Assembly (NCBI GenBank): GCA_965218205.1 | Contig: OZ244590.1 | Location: 1,064,640 to 1,128,639 of the forward strand | Direction of reading: 5' to 3' | DNA from: Spirochaetia bacterium | Lineage (GTDB): Bacteria > Spirochaetota > Spirochaetia > WTKD01 > G963693115 | Length of the DNA stretch: 64,000 bases | Shown here: positions 1-11,096 of the stretch, one piece after another | How the letters are laid out: every line of letters begins with the position of its first letter | Numbering within the stretch: position 1 is the stretch's first letter | Translations under genes and position numbers: made by a program | The notes under the pieces: model-generated | Database searches by the model: none | What the model was told of the DNA's origin: nothing | The model's input: the letters and a program-made list of their open reading frames with translations, nothing else

Positions 1-731
1 CAATTCTTACCCCTATGTCAGAAATAGCAGGACGCATGTCTATTCAAGTAGGAATGCATCATCTTGAGAAAGCACAGGGAGGCTCTGGAGTGCTTCTGTC
101 GGGTGTTCCAGGTGTTGATCCTGCAAAAGTAGTGATACTGGGAGGCGGTGTCGTTGGCAGAAATGCAGCACGCATTGCATTAGGTGTTGGCGCTGAGGTA
201 ATTTTGATGGATCGTGAAGTAGCACATTTAAGAGAATCGGATTTTTTATACAAAGGACAGTTGAAAATACGCTATGCAAACAAGGACTCTATAGAAAGTT
301 CAATTCAAGAAGCAGATTTAGTCATAGGTGCAGTGCTCATCCCTGGGGCTGCTGCACCCAAGCTGATAAAACGAGAAATGCTCAAAAAGATGAAGCCGAG
401 ATCTGTTCTTGTGGATGTTGCAGTCGATCAAGGCGGATGCTTTGAAACGTCAAAAATTACAACACATGAAGATCCTACATTTGTAATAGATGACATTATT
501 CACTATGGTGTAGCGAACATACCTGGCAATGTTTCTGTAACAGCAACTCTTGCACTAACGAATGTTACTTTGCCTGTTATTACTGCCATTGCAAATAAAG
601 GATGGCAGCAAGCATGTAAAGATGATGTTCATCTCAAACGTGGAGTAAATGTTGCATATGGTGCGGTTACAAATAAGGCTGTTAGTGAAGCGTTGAACTA
701 TACCTATACTTCAATGGAAAGCGTACTTTGA
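1..731 (+). CDS. ald: Alanine dehydrogenase (5' end outside window)
   Basis: Frame open from the window start (ILTPMSEIAGR); GGSGVLLSGVPGV, Rossmann GGGVVG, VDVAVDQGGCFETS and HYGVANIPG motifs typical of Ald. Confidence 0.93.
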   Translation, partial: ILTPMSEIAGRMSIQVGMHHLEKAQGGSGVLLSGVPGVDPAKVVILGGGVVGRNAARIALGVGAEVILMDREVAHLRESDFLYKGQLKIRYANKDSIESSIQEADLVIGAVLIPGAAAPKLIKREMLKKMKPRSVLVDVAVDQGGCFETSKITTHEDPTFVIDDIIHYGVANIPGNVSVTATLALTNVTLPVITAIANKGWQQACKDDVHLKRGVNVAYGAVTNKAVSEALNYTYTSMESVL

Positions 732-854
732 TATTTGTAATTCATAAAAAGATAATTTGCAAGTTAAAATTCTAGTAAATCTTGTGTTGTGGGTATTTTT
801 TTTGCTCTTTTGTCGCATTTAGTCCTTTAATCTGCAATTTTCGTTACATAAACA

Positions 855-883
855 TTGCACAATTTTTTATATAGTTGTATAAT
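855..883 (+). promoter_or_regulatory. Sigma70-like promoter of grpE-dnaK-dnaJ
   Basis: TTGCAC (855-860), 17 bp spacer, TATAAT (878-883) upstream of grpE. Confidence 0.6.
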
Positions 884-967
884 AAGATAAAAACAGAAAA
901 ACAAAAACGATATGGAAAAAAATAATATAGTATCTCCATTCTATAAAGAAAAGCAAAGTGAGGGTTT

Positions 968-1711
968 ATGAAGCATGTTTCGCAGCAAAAGTCTTCTGGT
1001 CATGTAGGAGATGAAAATACACACAATAACAGTACACACTCTAAACATAAAGCAGCAAATAAGGAAAGTACAGTACATGTTGCCAGAGATGCCGATGCCG
1101 CTAAAACAACAAAAACAAAAGAGACATATAAAGATACTACTGCTACTGTGAGTGATATTCCAAACGCTTCCGATATTAAAGAAGAAACAGTACAAGAAAT
1201 ACAGCAAAAAGAATCTGTCTTAGATAAAGCAGATGAAAATGCTCGCTTAAAAGAAGAGTTACTTCGTCTTCATGCTGATATGGAGAACACAAAGAAGCGA
1301 TTAACACGTCTTTTTGAAGATAGAGTAAGAGATAAAACGGTAGCTATTCTAATGGATATTATTGAGCATATTGATAATTTTGAACGTGCGTTTGATTCGC
1401 ATAAACAAATGATAAATAGTAATGAAAACAATGAAGCTAAGAAAGGCACAGATACAAGTGCTATTTTTGATGGATTTGGAATGATAAAAAATCATTTAGT
1501 GACCACTCTAAAAAATAATTGGGGACTTAATACCATAGATGCATTACATAAAGAATTTAACCCCGATGAGCATGAAGCTGTTATGCAAGAAAACTCCGAA
1601 AAAATAGATCATCCTACAGTGGTGCAAGAGTTTATGAAAGGTTACACATATTTAGGTAAGGTTATTCGACCCGCTAAGGTCAAAGTTGCATTGCCAAAAG
1701 ATAATAAATAA
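968..1711 (+). CDS. grpE: Nucleotide exchange factor GrpE
   Basis: LRLHADMENTKKR, IDNFERA, FNPDEHEAV, KGY...VIRPAKVKV motifs; directly upstream of dnaK. Confidence 0.95.
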   Translation: MKHVSQQKSSGHVGDENTHNNSTHSKHKAANKESTVHVARDADAAKTTKTKETYKDTTATVSDIPNASDIKEETVQEIQQKESVLDKADENARLKEELLRLHADMENTKKRLTRLFEDRVRDKTVAILMDIIEHIDNFERAFDSHKQMINSNENNEAKKGTDTSAIFDGFGMIKNHLVTTLKNNWGLNTIDALHKEFNPDEHEAVMQENSEKIDHPTVVQEFMKGYTYLGKVIRPAKVKVALPKDNK

Positions 1712-1747
1712 AAAAAAATAAAATAATAAGTAAAAAGGAGAGAGAAA

Positions 1748-3670
1748 ATGGGAAAAATAATAGGGATTGATTTAGGTACTACAAATAGTTGTGTTGCAGT
1801 AATAGAAGGAGGAGATCCTATTGTAATACAAAATTCAGAAGGACAGCGAACTACACCTTCTATTGTTTCTTTTGCAAAAAAAGGAGATACACTTGAACGT
1901 TCTGTTGGACAATCAGCTAAAAACCAATTAGTTACAAACCCTGAAAAAACAATATATTCTATTAAACGTTTTATGGGTAGGAGCTTTGATGAAGTTTCTG
2001 AAGAAATGAAGCGTATTTCATACAAGATAGCAAAAGATAAAAATAGTGTAATTATTGAATGTGATGATAAACGCTATACTCCCCCTGAAATTTCTTCTGC
2101 CATTTTGCAAAAAATGAAAAAAACAGCAGAAGATTATCTTGGAGAAACAGTAACAGAAGCAGTAATTACTGTGCCAGCATATTTTAATGATGCTCAGAGA
2201 CAAGCAACAAAAGATGCAGGTAAAATTGCAGGGCTTGATGTAAAGCGAATAGTAAATGAACCAACAGCAGCAGCCTTAGCGTACGGCTTAGATAAAAAAT
2301 CAAATGATGAGAAAATAGCCGTATACGACTTAGGAGGAGGAACATTTGATATATCTATCCTTGAACTAGGGGACGGTGTATTTGAAGTATGTTCTACAAA
2401 TGGGGATACCCATCTTGGAGGGGATAATTTTGATGATGCGGTAGTAAGTTGGCTTATTGCTGAATTTAAGTCTCAATCTGCGATAGATCTCAGTCAGGAT
2501 AAAATAGCCTTACAGCGTCTTCGTGAAGCTGCAGAAAAAGCAAAACAAGAGCTTTCAAGCACTCAATCGGTAGATATTAACTTGCCGTTTATTACTGCTG
2601 ATGCAAATGGTCCAAAGCACTTACAGCTAACACTCAGTCGTGCAAAGTTTGAACAGTTGATTATAGATTTAGTAGAAAAATCAAAACAGCCTTGTATTCA
2701 AGCACTAAAAGATGCAGGGCTAAATGCAAGTGATATAAATGAAGTAATATTAGTAGGAGGATCAACACGTATACCGCTTGTTCAAAAAGCAGTAGAAGAA
2801 GTATTTCAAAAAAAATCTAACAAAAGTGTCAATCCTGATGAAGTTGTTGCTATGGGAGCTGCCATACAAGGAGGCATTTTAGCAGGGGATGTAAAAGATG
2901 TGTTGTTACTGGATGTTACTCCTTTGTCTTTAGGAATAGAAACTTTAGGAGGAGCATTTACTAAGCTCATTGAAAGAAATACTACTATTCCTACAAAGAA
3001 ATCTCAAATATTTTCTACTGCTGCAGATAATCAAACAGCAGTTACAGTACATGTACTACAAGGAGAAAGACAAGTAGCATCGCATAATAGAACCTTAGGG
3101 CGATTTGAGCTTGTTGGTATAGCTCCAGCACCACGAGGAGTACCACAGATAGAAGTTACTTTTGATATTGATGCAAATGGTATTGTACATGTATCTGCAA
3201 AAGATCTTGGAACAGGCAAAGAACAAAAAATTCGTATTGAAACTTCTTCGGGGTTATCGGATGATGAAATAGAAAAAATGGTAAAAGATGCAGAAACACA
3301 TGCTGAAGAGGATAAAAAACAAAAAGAAGCCATTGAAGTAATAAATAATGCTGAGCAGCTTCTTTATTCTACTGAGAAATCCTTGAAAGACTTTGGTGAT
3401 AAAATAGGAGCTGATGATAAGCAAAAAATAGAAGTAGCATTGGAAGATCTAAAAAAAGCGTTGGAAAATAAAGATAACAGTGATGAAATTAAAGAAAAAA
3501 CAGAAGCCTTAGCAAAAGTATCTCATGTTCTTGCAGAAAAAATGTATCAAGATGCACAAGAAAAACAGCAAGCATCAGGAGCATCAGATACCACAAATGC
3601 TAATACTACTACTGATGCAAATAGCAAGAATGCTGACTATGAAGTGGTTGATGAAGAAGAAAATAAATAA
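1748..3670 (+). CDS. dnaK: Chaperone DnaK (Hsp70)
   Basis: [32 protein letters not shown] motifs; 640 aa; AAGGAG RBS. Confidence 0.99.
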   Translation: MGKIIGIDLGTTNSCVAVIEGGDPIVIQNSEGQRTTPSIVSFAKKGDTLERSVGQSAKNQLVTNPEKTIYSIKRFMGRSFDEVSEEMKRISYKIAKDKNSVIIECDDKRYTPPEISSAILQKMKKTAEDYLGETVTEAVITVPAYFNDAQRQATKDAGKIAGLDVKRIVNEPTAAALAYGLDKKSNDEKIAVYDLGGGTFDISILELGDGVFEVCSTNGDTHLGGDNFDDAVVSWLIAEFKSQSAIDLSQDKIALQRLREAAEKAKQELSSTQSVDINLPFITADANGPKHLQLTLSRAKFEQLIIDLVEKSKQPCIQALKDAGLNASDINEVILVGGSTRIPLVQKAVEEVFQKKSNKSVNPDEVVAMGAAIQGGILAGDVKDVLLLDVTPLSLGIETLGGAFTKLIERNTTIPTKKSQIFSTAADNQTAVTVHVLQGERQVASHNRTLGRFELVGIAPAPRGVPQIEVTFDIDANGIVHVSAKDLGTGKEQKIRIETSSGLSDDEIEKMVKDAETHAEEDKKQKEAIEVINNAEQLLYSTEKSLKDFGDKIGADDKQKIEVALEDLKKALENKDNSDEIKEKTEALAKVSHVLAEKMYQDAQEKQQASGASDTTNANTTTDANSKNADYEVVDEEENK

Positions 3671-3723
3671 GAGTTTTTGTAATTTCATAATAGATCATGT
3701 AATGAATAGTATGTGGGGGGATC

Positions 3724-4857
3724 ATGTCTCAAAAAAGAGATTACTATGAAGTATTAGGAGTCGATCGTGATGCTTCAGAGTCAGATATTAAGAAAGCATA
3801 TAGAAAGCTGGCTATTAAATATCATCCTGATAAAAATCAAGGGAATGCGGAAGCCGAAGCAGCTTTTAAGGAAGCAACAGAAGCCTATGAAATTCTCTCA
3901 GATCAAGAGAAAAGAAGCATCTATAATCAATATGGACACGAAGGAGTAAATGCATCTTTTCAGGGCGGAGAGCATGATTTTTCAAGCATTTTTCGGGAAT
4001 TTGGTGACATATTTTCGGGCAGTAGCTTTGAAAGTATTTTTGGTAACTTTGGGGGCTTTGAGAGCTTTTTTTCGGGAGGGCGGAGATCATCTCGCTCTTC
4101 GCAGAGTCAGCTTGATATTCATTTTATTCTTGAGTTAAACTTAGAAGACTCTATACGCGGTGTAGAGAAAAAGATAGCGTATGAACGTAGCGTATCATGT
4201 TCTCAATGTAAAGGGACTGGAGCGAATGGAAATCCAGAGTATCAGCAATGTCCTACTTGTAGAGGACGAGGTACTGCACAAAGTTCCTTAGGTGCTTTCT
4301 TCTCTTTTAGTTCAACCTGTACTCGATGTAATGGAGAAGGGAAAATATTAAAAAATCCATGTTCTTCTTGTCGAGGAAAAAAATTAGTAACAAAGAAAAC
4401 TACTGTAAAAATACGTATTCCAAGAGGAGTAGCAGAAAATCATACCTTACAAATGGATGATTTAGGACATGAAAGGCAAGGGAGAACAGGCAAAATACTC
4501 ATGACAATAAAGATTGTTCCTCATAGTTATTATGTTCGTGATCATAATAATTTGATTGTTCAAGTTCCTATTGATTTTATTACTGCTACACTGGGAGGAG
4601 AAGTATATCTTGATTGTATTACTGGAAAAAAAGTGACAATAACTGTTCCTGCAGGCACAAAGGATAAGTCTCATATTACGATTTCGAGACAAGGAGTAGA
4701 ACCAGAGTCGGGGTATACGGGAGATTTAATAGTAGTGTTTCGTATTATGCCACTAAAAAAAGTCAACAAAAAAGCCATTGAGTTATTAAAAGAGGTAAAA
4801 CATGAGCTTTCTTTAAGCTCTGATACCGTAAAGCCACTACATAGAAATGATGACTAA
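3724..4857 (+). CDS. dnaJ: Chaperone DnaJ
   Basis: J-domain with HPD, G/F-rich region, four CxxCxG zinc-finger repeats. Confidence 0.97.
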   Translation: MSQKRDYYEVLGVDRDASESDIKKAYRKLAIKYHPDKNQGNAEAEAAFKEATEAYEILSDQEKRSIYNQYGHEGVNASFQGGEHDFSSIFREFGDIFSGSSFESIFGNFGGFESFFSGGRRSSRSSQSQLDIHFILELNLEDSIRGVEKKIAYERSVSCSQCKGTGANGNPEYQQCPTCRGRGTAQSSLGAFFSFSSTCTRCNGEGKILKNPCSSCRGKKLVTKKTTVKIRIPRGVAENHTLQMDDLGHERQGRTGKILMTIKIVPHSYYVRDHNNLIVQVPIDFITATLGGEVYLDCITGKKVTITVPAGTKDKSHITISRQGVEPESGYTGDLIVVFRIMPLKKVNKKAIELLKEVKHELSLSSDTVKPLHRNDD

Positions 4858-4929
4858 ATAGTATGCATGGTAATATACATAGTATGTAAAATAGCTTTTT
4901 ATATTGCATAATAGGGCGAAATTAAGAGT

Positions 4930-5424
4930 ATGAAGGTAACATTTTTTAGTAACATAGCTATATTATTGATAGTTTGTACTTTTCCTTTGTTTTCTCAGAG
5001 TAATACAAAAAAAGATGCTCCAAAATATATTAAAGGCCCTAATGTCGGAAGCCAAGCGTTTGTCCCAAAAGAATATGCAGGAGAATATAACAAGAATATT
5101 GCGGAATATTCGTTACCTTGGATAGTGGCTGATAGAAACTTAGATGGAAAATCTGATTTTGCTACCCTCGTATATCCAGGAAGTTATGTAAAGAAAATGG
5201 AAGTATTAGACTTAGACTATGATGGTATCATTGATGATTATACATTTTATGATGAGGAAGGAAAAGTGAGTTTTCAGATTATTGACCATAATAAAGATGG
5301 AAATGCAGATTTATGGATACAGGTAAAACAAGGAAAGTTTGTACAACGTTTTCAGCGAGATAAAAATGGAGATGGGGTAGTAGACATAGACAGAGTGTTT
5401 GATAGTACTGTGTTGTTGCAATAA
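4930..5424 (+). CDS. Secreted hypothetical protein with DxN/DxDG (Ca-binding-like) repeats
   Basis: Signal peptide; DRNLDG, DLDYDG, DHNKDG, DKNGDG repeats. Confidence 0.7.
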   Translation: MKVTFFSNIAILLIVCTFPLFSQSNTKKDAPKYIKGPNVGSQAFVPKEYAGEYNKNIAEYSLPWIVADRNLDGKSDFATLVYPGSYVKKMEVLDLDYDGIIDDYTFYDEEGKVSFQIIDHNKDGNADLWIQVKQGKFVQRFQRDKNGDGVVDIDRVFDSTVLLQ

Positions 5425-5426
5425 TA

Positions 5427-6152
5427 ATGAAAATTTCAGGAAATAATGCGGTGCTTTCTGCTATTCAAAATGGTAATTTTGGTACTGTATATGTTAGCCC
5501 ACAACATAGTTTGCTCCCTAAACTAAAGGCTCTTGAACAGAAAAAAAAATGTCGTATTTCCATTAAGCCTATTGTATTTTTTAAGCAAGATGATATACGA
5601 CAGAATATATTGTTACAAGTACAGACCTCTATTACTCATTCAGTGGAGAGTGTAAAAAGCTGGCTTGATACTAACAAGCATCATAAAAATATGTTGCTGC
5701 TGATTTTGGATCATATTCAAGATGCACAAAATTTTGGAGCTATATTTCGTTCAGCTGCTCTTTTTTCGGTTGATTTGATTGTTGTTCCTAACCGAAGATC
5801 TGCTCCGATAAATGAATATACTGTCCGTAGTGCTGCAGGTACTATTTCTTCAGTGCCAATATGTTCTGTGCCTAATCTTACTGCAAGTGTAGATATGCTA
5901 AAAAAACATGGGTTTTGGATATATACCCTTGATATAGAAGGACAAGCGGTACATCATACTCTGTTTTCCGATAGGAGTGCTTTTATACTTGGAGCAGAAG
6001 GAAGTGGAGTATCTCGCTTATTAAAACAGCATAGTGACTGTACTGTACATATACCGACAACAAACATTATCGATTCCTTAAATGTGAGTGTCAGCAATGG
6101 CATTATTTGCTATGAGTACAGAAAACAATTTCCTCTCGTAGCTACAGAGTAA
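5427..6152 (+). CDS. rlmB: TrmH/SpoU family RNA methyltransferase (RlmB-like)
   Basis: LDHIQDAQNFGAIFRSA, LGAEGSG, SLNVSVS SPOUT motifs. Confidence 0.85.
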   Translation: MKISGNNAVLSAIQNGNFGTVYVSPQHSLLPKLKALEQKKKCRISIKPIVFFKQDDIRQNILLQVQTSITHSVESVKSWLDTNKHHKNMLLLILDHIQDAQNFGAIFRSAALFSVDLIVVPNRRSAPINEYTVRSAAGTISSVPICSVPNLTASVDMLKKHGFWIYTLDIEGQAVHHTLFSDRSAFILGAEGSGVSRLLKQHSDCTVHIPTTNIIDSLNVSVSNGIICYEYRKQFPLVATE

Positions 6153-6170
6153 TAGAGAAACCATAAACTG

Positions 6171-6950
6171 TTATGCGCTAGGATCTACTTTGAATACATT
6201 GCATGCGTTTGTGTATAGAATGTCAGCCATAGCTTCAACTTCTTGTTCTCGTAAAGTAGCTATTTGTTGTACAGTGTAATGTATGTAGCTAGGTTTGTTA
6301 CGTTTTCCTTTTAGTTCAGCTGGAATCATAAAAGGACTTTCACTCTCTACAAGAATATTTTTATCAGGAATATTAGCGGCTGTTTCGCGTAGTTGTTTTG
6401 CTGTGCGGTATGTTACACTTCCTGTAAAAGAGAAATATGCGTTAGGCAAGATAGACAATATCTCTTGAGCGTACTCCCAATTTTCAGAATAACAATGAAG
6501 TATGACGGGAATATTTGGCTTGATTTGTCGTAGCACATCAATAATTTCTTTTCCTACTTCTCTGTTATGAATGATAACGGGATATTGAATTTTTTCCGCT
6601 ATCTCTAAATGGCGTATAAAAAATTCTATCTGTTGGTTTTTATTTCCGTATTTTCTATCTAAGCCTGTTTCTCCAATAGCCACTACTTTGTCTAACATGG
6701 CAAGTTTTTCCACTTCTTCTTCCCACTTAAAATGGGTGTGGGTTACTTCTGATGGAGATATGCCAACACTAAAATAAACATTCTGAGCAAGAATAAGATT
6801 GTCATAGAGAGGCTTAAAATCTTGCAAGTTATTACATATGTTTATAATACCAACAACATGTTTCGATTTTGCTTCTTGTGCAATAATAACTTGAGAGATA
6901 GGGTCATCGTTAATGAGCCCTAGATGAGCATGGGTATCAAAAATTTTCAT
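6171..6950 (-). CDS. tatD: TatD family hydrolase
   Basis: DTHAH, AIGETGLD, IIHNRE, LHCYS, ESESPF motifs. Confidence 0.9.
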   Translation of the reverse strand: MKIFDTHAHLGLINDDPISQVIIAQEAKSKHVVGIINICNNLQDFKPLYDNLILAQNVYFSVGISPSEVTHTHFKWEEEVEKLAMLDKVVAIGETGLDRKYGNKNQQIEFFIRHLEIAEKIQYPVIIHNREVGKEIIDVLRQIKPNIPVILHCYSENWEYAQEILSILPNAYFSFTGSVTYRTAKQLRETAANIPDKNILVESESPFMIPAELKGKRNKPSYIHYTVQQIATLREQEVEAMADILYTNACNVFKVDPSA

Positions 6951-7168
6951 ACATTTTTCCTACATTTTATTTATAGTAACAATTCTTAAAAGTTATTGCA
7001 TTTAGTTATGATGAAGTGCTATAATTATATAAGATAAGTTGCTTTTACTACTTATGCTTATTGTATATAAATTAGAGAATTATATCAAGTATGGTCCCTG
7101 TTATTATGGTGAATACAATATTTAAGGTAAAGAAAATAGGTATTGATACGATATAGTGTTATAGTATT

Positions 7169-8119
7169 ATGTTAAAAGATTATAAAGATGTACAAAGTGC
7201 GAAAGACAAAAAGAAGCTAACTCTTTTATTGGTGCCACATAATGGTAAGAATATCCATTCCATTGAGATACACCTCTTTCTTTTAGTGACGATAGTACTT
7301 TTTTGCATTGCCTTAGTGGTATTTGCAGTATATTCATTATTTGCTTTTACCAATAGTAATTTGGATTATCGTACATCTCTTCAAACTCTAAAAAAACAGG
7401 ATAGGGATATTGAATTACTTTCTACAGAAATAGAAAAGACAAGAAATTTGAATAATCAGTTTGTTTCAGAATTAGGCAGAACAAGTAAGCTGATAAATTA
7501 TAATGGGACTAATGAAAATGAAGAGCAATTATTATCTGGCGACTTGTCTCAAGTCCTATCTCTTTCTAGTCAAGAGGGCAGTGGAGCAGATAGCACAGAA
7601 GCACTTATTGTTCTCCAACAAAAAATAAGTAACAGTATTCCTATTTTAGAGAAAGCAAATACTATTTTGGATAATCAACAGAATTTCTTAAAAGAGATTC
7701 CTATTTATATCCCAGTAAGAAATGCAAATATAAGTATGGAGTGGGGACCTAATATACACCCTGTGTTTGGCTATTGGTATATTCATAAAGGGATAGATTT
7801 TGCCGCAAACCCTGGAACTCCCATATATGCTGCTGCTGATGGAGTAGTAACGTTTGTAAGCTATGATGAAGGGTATGGAAACCATGTATATATAAGTCAT
7901 AATTTTGGATTTAAGACACATTACTCTCATATGAAGTCTACTATTGTGAAGAAGGGGGAAGTAGTGTCTCAAGGACAAGTTATTGGTACTGTTGGATCTA
8001 CTGGGATTGTTACAGGACCACACCTTGATTTTCAGATTTATCTCGGGAGTGAACTGATTGATCCTGGTCGTTATATACGCTACCTTACAGATTATTCAAG
8101 ACCGAAAGGAACACGCTGA
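7169..8119 (+). CDS. M23 family metallopeptidase
   Basis: N-terminal TM segment and coiled coil; HKGIDF, YSHM, GPHLDF M23 motifs. Confidence 0.9.
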   Translation: MLKDYKDVQSAKDKKKLTLLLVPHNGKNIHSIEIHLFLLVTIVLFCIALVVFAVYSLFAFTNSNLDYRTSLQTLKKQDRDIELLSTEIEKTRNLNNQFVSELGRTSKLINYNGTNENEEQLLSGDLSQVLSLSSQEGSGADSTEALIVLQQKISNSIPILEKANTILDNQQNFLKEIPIYIPVRNANISMEWGPNIHPVFGYWYIHKGIDFAANPGTPIYAAADGVVTFVSYDEGYGNHVYISHNFGFKTHYSHMKSTIVKKGEVVSQGQVIGTVGSTGIVTGPHLDFQIYLGSELIDPGRYIRYLTDYSRPKGTR

Positions 8120-8130
8120 TACCCATTTCT

Positions 8131-8601
8131 ATGAGTGAACGTTCATCTGTTATTAACTCTATTATAGGGTTTGGTACTTCATATTCTGGCAATATTAATT
8201 CTATTGATTTATTGCGTATTGATGGAAATTATTCAGGCAACGCAATGAGCCAAGATTCTATTTTAATTGGATTAGATGGAAAAGCAAAGGGTACATTAAG
8301 TGCAAAAAAAATAATTATTGCTGGTGTGTTTCAAGGAGATATAAAAAAAACAGCACTGTTGATAGTACAGCCAAGTGCAGTCATTATTGGTAACATAGAA
8401 GCAAATCAAGTGATTGTAGAATCAGGTGCAGTGCTTTGCGTAGGGTTTCGCATAGCAAACAGTAGAAACAAAGAACAAGAGCAAGAGATACGGCTTGAAC
8501 AAATAAACCGCAGCAACACGGACAACAAACATAACAAAGAAGACATATTGCGTATTATTGGGAAAGTCAGTAATAGCCGTTTAGAACGAATGTTTTCTTA
8601 A
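8131..8601 (+). CDS. Bactofilin (polymer-forming cytoskeletal protein)
   Basis: SIIGFGTSYSGNI...LRIDG...IIGNIEA beta-helix pattern; follows the M23 gene, a common pairing. Confidence 0.85.
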   Translation: MSERSSVINSIIGFGTSYSGNINSIDLLRIDGNYSGNAMSQDSILIGLDGKAKGTLSAKKIIIAGVFQGDIKKTALLIVQPSAVIIGNIEANQVIVESGAVLCVGFRIANSRNKEQEQEIRLEQINRSNTDNKHNKEDILRIIGKVSNSRLERMFS

Positions 8602-8607
8602 AGTTAT

Positions 8608-9150
8608 ATGGAAAAAATTAATAATCAGAGAAATTCTACGCTTGGAAGTCTCTTAGGGACTGCTTCCCAAAAATCACAGATAAAAAAACCTACTGCTCAT
8701 ACTTCTAAAAGTAGCTCAGCACGAAAGAAAAATAGCACCAATAGTTTTGAAACTATTCTTACAGAAAATACTTCTGCCACAGAAGTCATGGATTTAGTAG
8801 ATGAACATGGTGTTATAGACGAAACAAAGCTGAGTGAGCTACAGGATGATATACATGAGGCAGGAGAGATATTGCTGGAAAAACCTGGCATAGATGCAGT
8901 GCTTGCATACAGAAAAAAAGTACAAGTCTTACTTGCATCAGTGACTCCGCTGCTCCATCGTAAAGAGCAGTATGTTTCTCGTAAACGCATTGGAAACTCC
9001 TTTGAAGAACGAAAGTATACTCTTATTCATACTGTACATCAAAAGCTGGATAGGTTATTACAAATAGTCATGAGCTCTCAAGTGCAACAAATGAGTATCA
9101 TGAAAGCCTTAGATGAGATTAGAGGGCTTATTGTCAATATTCTTCATTAG
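8608..9150 (+). CDS. YaaR/DUF327 family protein
   Basis: GEILLEKP...YRKKVQ and C-terminal LDEIRGLIVNI pattern; M23-bactofilin-YaaR order. Confidence 0.75.
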   Translation: MEKINNQRNSTLGSLLGTASQKSQIKKPTAHTSKSSSARKKNSTNSFETILTENTSATEVMDLVDEHGVIDETKLSELQDDIHEAGEILLEKPGIDAVLAYRKKVQVLLASVTPLLHRKEQYVSRKRIGNSFEERKYTLIHTVHQKLDRLLQIVMSSQVQQMSIMKALDEIRGLIVNILH

Positions 9151-9296
9151 TGGGTTGTGTTGTAGTGTATATTCATAGTGTTGTTATGGCGTTGTGTATG
9201 TATTTTGAGGGAGGTTTTTTTAATACTAGAGGGTAGAATATATGTAATATATATTGAAAAAATATTACAGAAAAGTTACACATAAAATAAAAAAAA

Positions 9297-9305
9297 TGCT
9301 ATAAT
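9297..9305 (+). promoter_or_regulatory. Extended -10 promoter in the AT-rich CRISPR leader
   Basis: TGCTATAAT (TGn-TATAAT) about 85 bp upstream of repeat 1. Confidence 0.55.
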
Positions 9306-9389
9306 AAAAATAGGTTTAGATGATTTTTACTCTTTTTTTAAGAAAGGTATAGTAATAGATTTTTGTATTGATATACTTTAAAATAAGTT

Positions 9390-11073
9390 GTTGTAGACAG
9401 CTGTAGATTTCAGCCGAAGCACAACACATTCAACAACAGTTTTAAATTCATATTCGTTGTAGACAGCTGTAGATTTCAGCCGAAGCACAACACAGATGCA
9501 TTTACACAGTCCTTGCTTAGCGTTGTAGACAGCTGTAGATTTCAGCCGAAGCACAACTTTTACTGCCATGTGGTACTTGTCTGCACTGTTGTAGACAGCT
9601 GTAGATTTCAGCCGAAGCACAACTGAAAAACACACAAAGATAGTAAGAGAAAGGTTGTAGACAGCTGTAGATTTCAGCCGAAGCACAACAATTGTGTCAT
9701 TAATGGAATTAAATTAATTGTTGTAGACAGCTGTAGATTTCAGCCGAAGCACAACTGGAGCTATCATCAATGTTTATACGGACTTGTTGTAGACAGCTGT
9801 AGATTTCAGCCGAAGCACAACAAATCGGGTATTACTTTATTGGCAATATCAGTTGTAGACAGCTGTAGATTTCAGCCGAAGCACAACATAAACAAAAATA
9901 AAGACCAAGCTCTATATGTTGTAGACAGCTGTAGATTTCAGCCGAAGCACAACTTATTATAACATCAGTCAATACAGAATTTTGTTGTAGACAGCTGTAG
10001 ATTTCAGCCGAAGCACAACTTTAAATAATGAATATGCATCTAATATTCCGTTGTAGACAGCTGTAGATTTCAGCCGAAGCACAACTATTTCCACTATTGG
10101 CAAAACCTAAATTATGTTGTAGACAGCTGTAGATTTCAGCCGAAGCACAACTATGAAAATTGTCTCGTAGAAAGTAAAAACGTTGTAGACAGCTGTAGAT
10201 TTCAGCCGAAGCACAACAACATATTTTCAATTATTTTATCTGAATTTGTTGTAGACAGCTGTAGATTTCAGCCGAAGCACAACATCAATCTTTTATTTTT
10301 CTCAGAACAATTTGTTGTAGACAGCTGTAGATTTCAGCCGAAGCACAACTCATTTAACTGAACACAAAAGTCTATCTCTGTTGTAGACAGCTGTAGATTT
10401 CAGCCGAAGCACAACTAATCGCATCACAACAGTACCCAGCACTGCGTTGTAGACAGCTGTAGATTTCAGCCGAAGCACAACTCATTTAACTGAACACAAA
10501 AGTCTATCTCTGTTGTAGACAGCTGTAGATTTCAGCCGAAGCACAACTGAGAGTATTGACTCCATATCAACAAAAAGGTTGTAGACAGCTGTAGATTTCA
10601 GCCGAAGCACAACAGTTCTTTATTCATATAATAATCCTTCACGTTGTAGACAGCTGTAGATTTCAGCCGAAGCACAACTTTGGAATTCATCAACAATAAT
10701 TAATTTGTGTTGTAGACAGCTGTAGATTTCAGCCGAAGCACAACTTAGCTAGTCCTCATACATTGAGTGATTTTGTTGTAGACAGCTGTAGATTTCAGCC
10801 GAAGCACAACTAGTTCAGCAACAAGTTCCTCGAGAGAATGTTGTAGACAGCTGTAGATTTCAGCCGAAGCACAACTACAAAAAAAATGTATATTATGAGA
10901 ATTTTGTTGTAGACAGCTGTAGATTTCAGCCGAAGCACAACTAATATTTTGCTCTTTCATTTTTGAGCCTCGTTGTAGACAGCTGTAGATTTCAGCCGAA
11001 GCACAACTGTGATGATATTTTCCATTTCGGTAGTAAAGTTGTAGACAGCTGTAGATTTCAGCCGAAGCACAAC
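9390..11073 (+). CRISPR. CRISPR array with type VI-B-like repeat: 26 repeats, 25 spacers
   Basis: 26 identical copies of GTTGTAGACAGCTGTAGATTTCAGCCGAAGCACAAC (36 nt). 23 spacers are 30 nt and 2 are 29 nt (10614-10642, 10811-10839). Terminal GTTGT/ACAAC pairing plus inner GCTG/CAGC stem with TAGATTT loop. Confidence 0.99.
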
Positions 11074-11096
11074 TACAAAATTTTATTTAAGACTTA

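Noticed and set aside
732..967. CIRCE element upstream of grpE-dnaK
   Set aside because: No TTAGCACTC-N9-GAGTGCTAA match found, and no hrcA in the window.
8608..9150. Upstream ORF as a Cas13 accessory (Csx27/Csx28)
   Set aside because: It has no TM segments and fits YaaR/DUF327 in the conserved M23-bactofilin operon.
9151..9230. GTTGT-containing GT-rich stretch as degenerate CRISPR repeats
   Set aside because: Only 5-7 nt match the repeat and there is no 66-bp periodicity.
9378..10960. Minus-strand ORFs 9378-9686, 10021-10230 and 10745-10960
   Set aside because: They are translations of CRISPR repeats (VVLRLKSTAVYN / CASAEIYSCLQ); the 66-bp period keeps them in frame.
9426..11037. Self-targeting of genes in this window by spacers
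   Set aside because: No match noticed by eye (e.g. the IIVDEFQ spacer does not match the res or RloC-like Walker B DNA); an exhaustive search was not possible.
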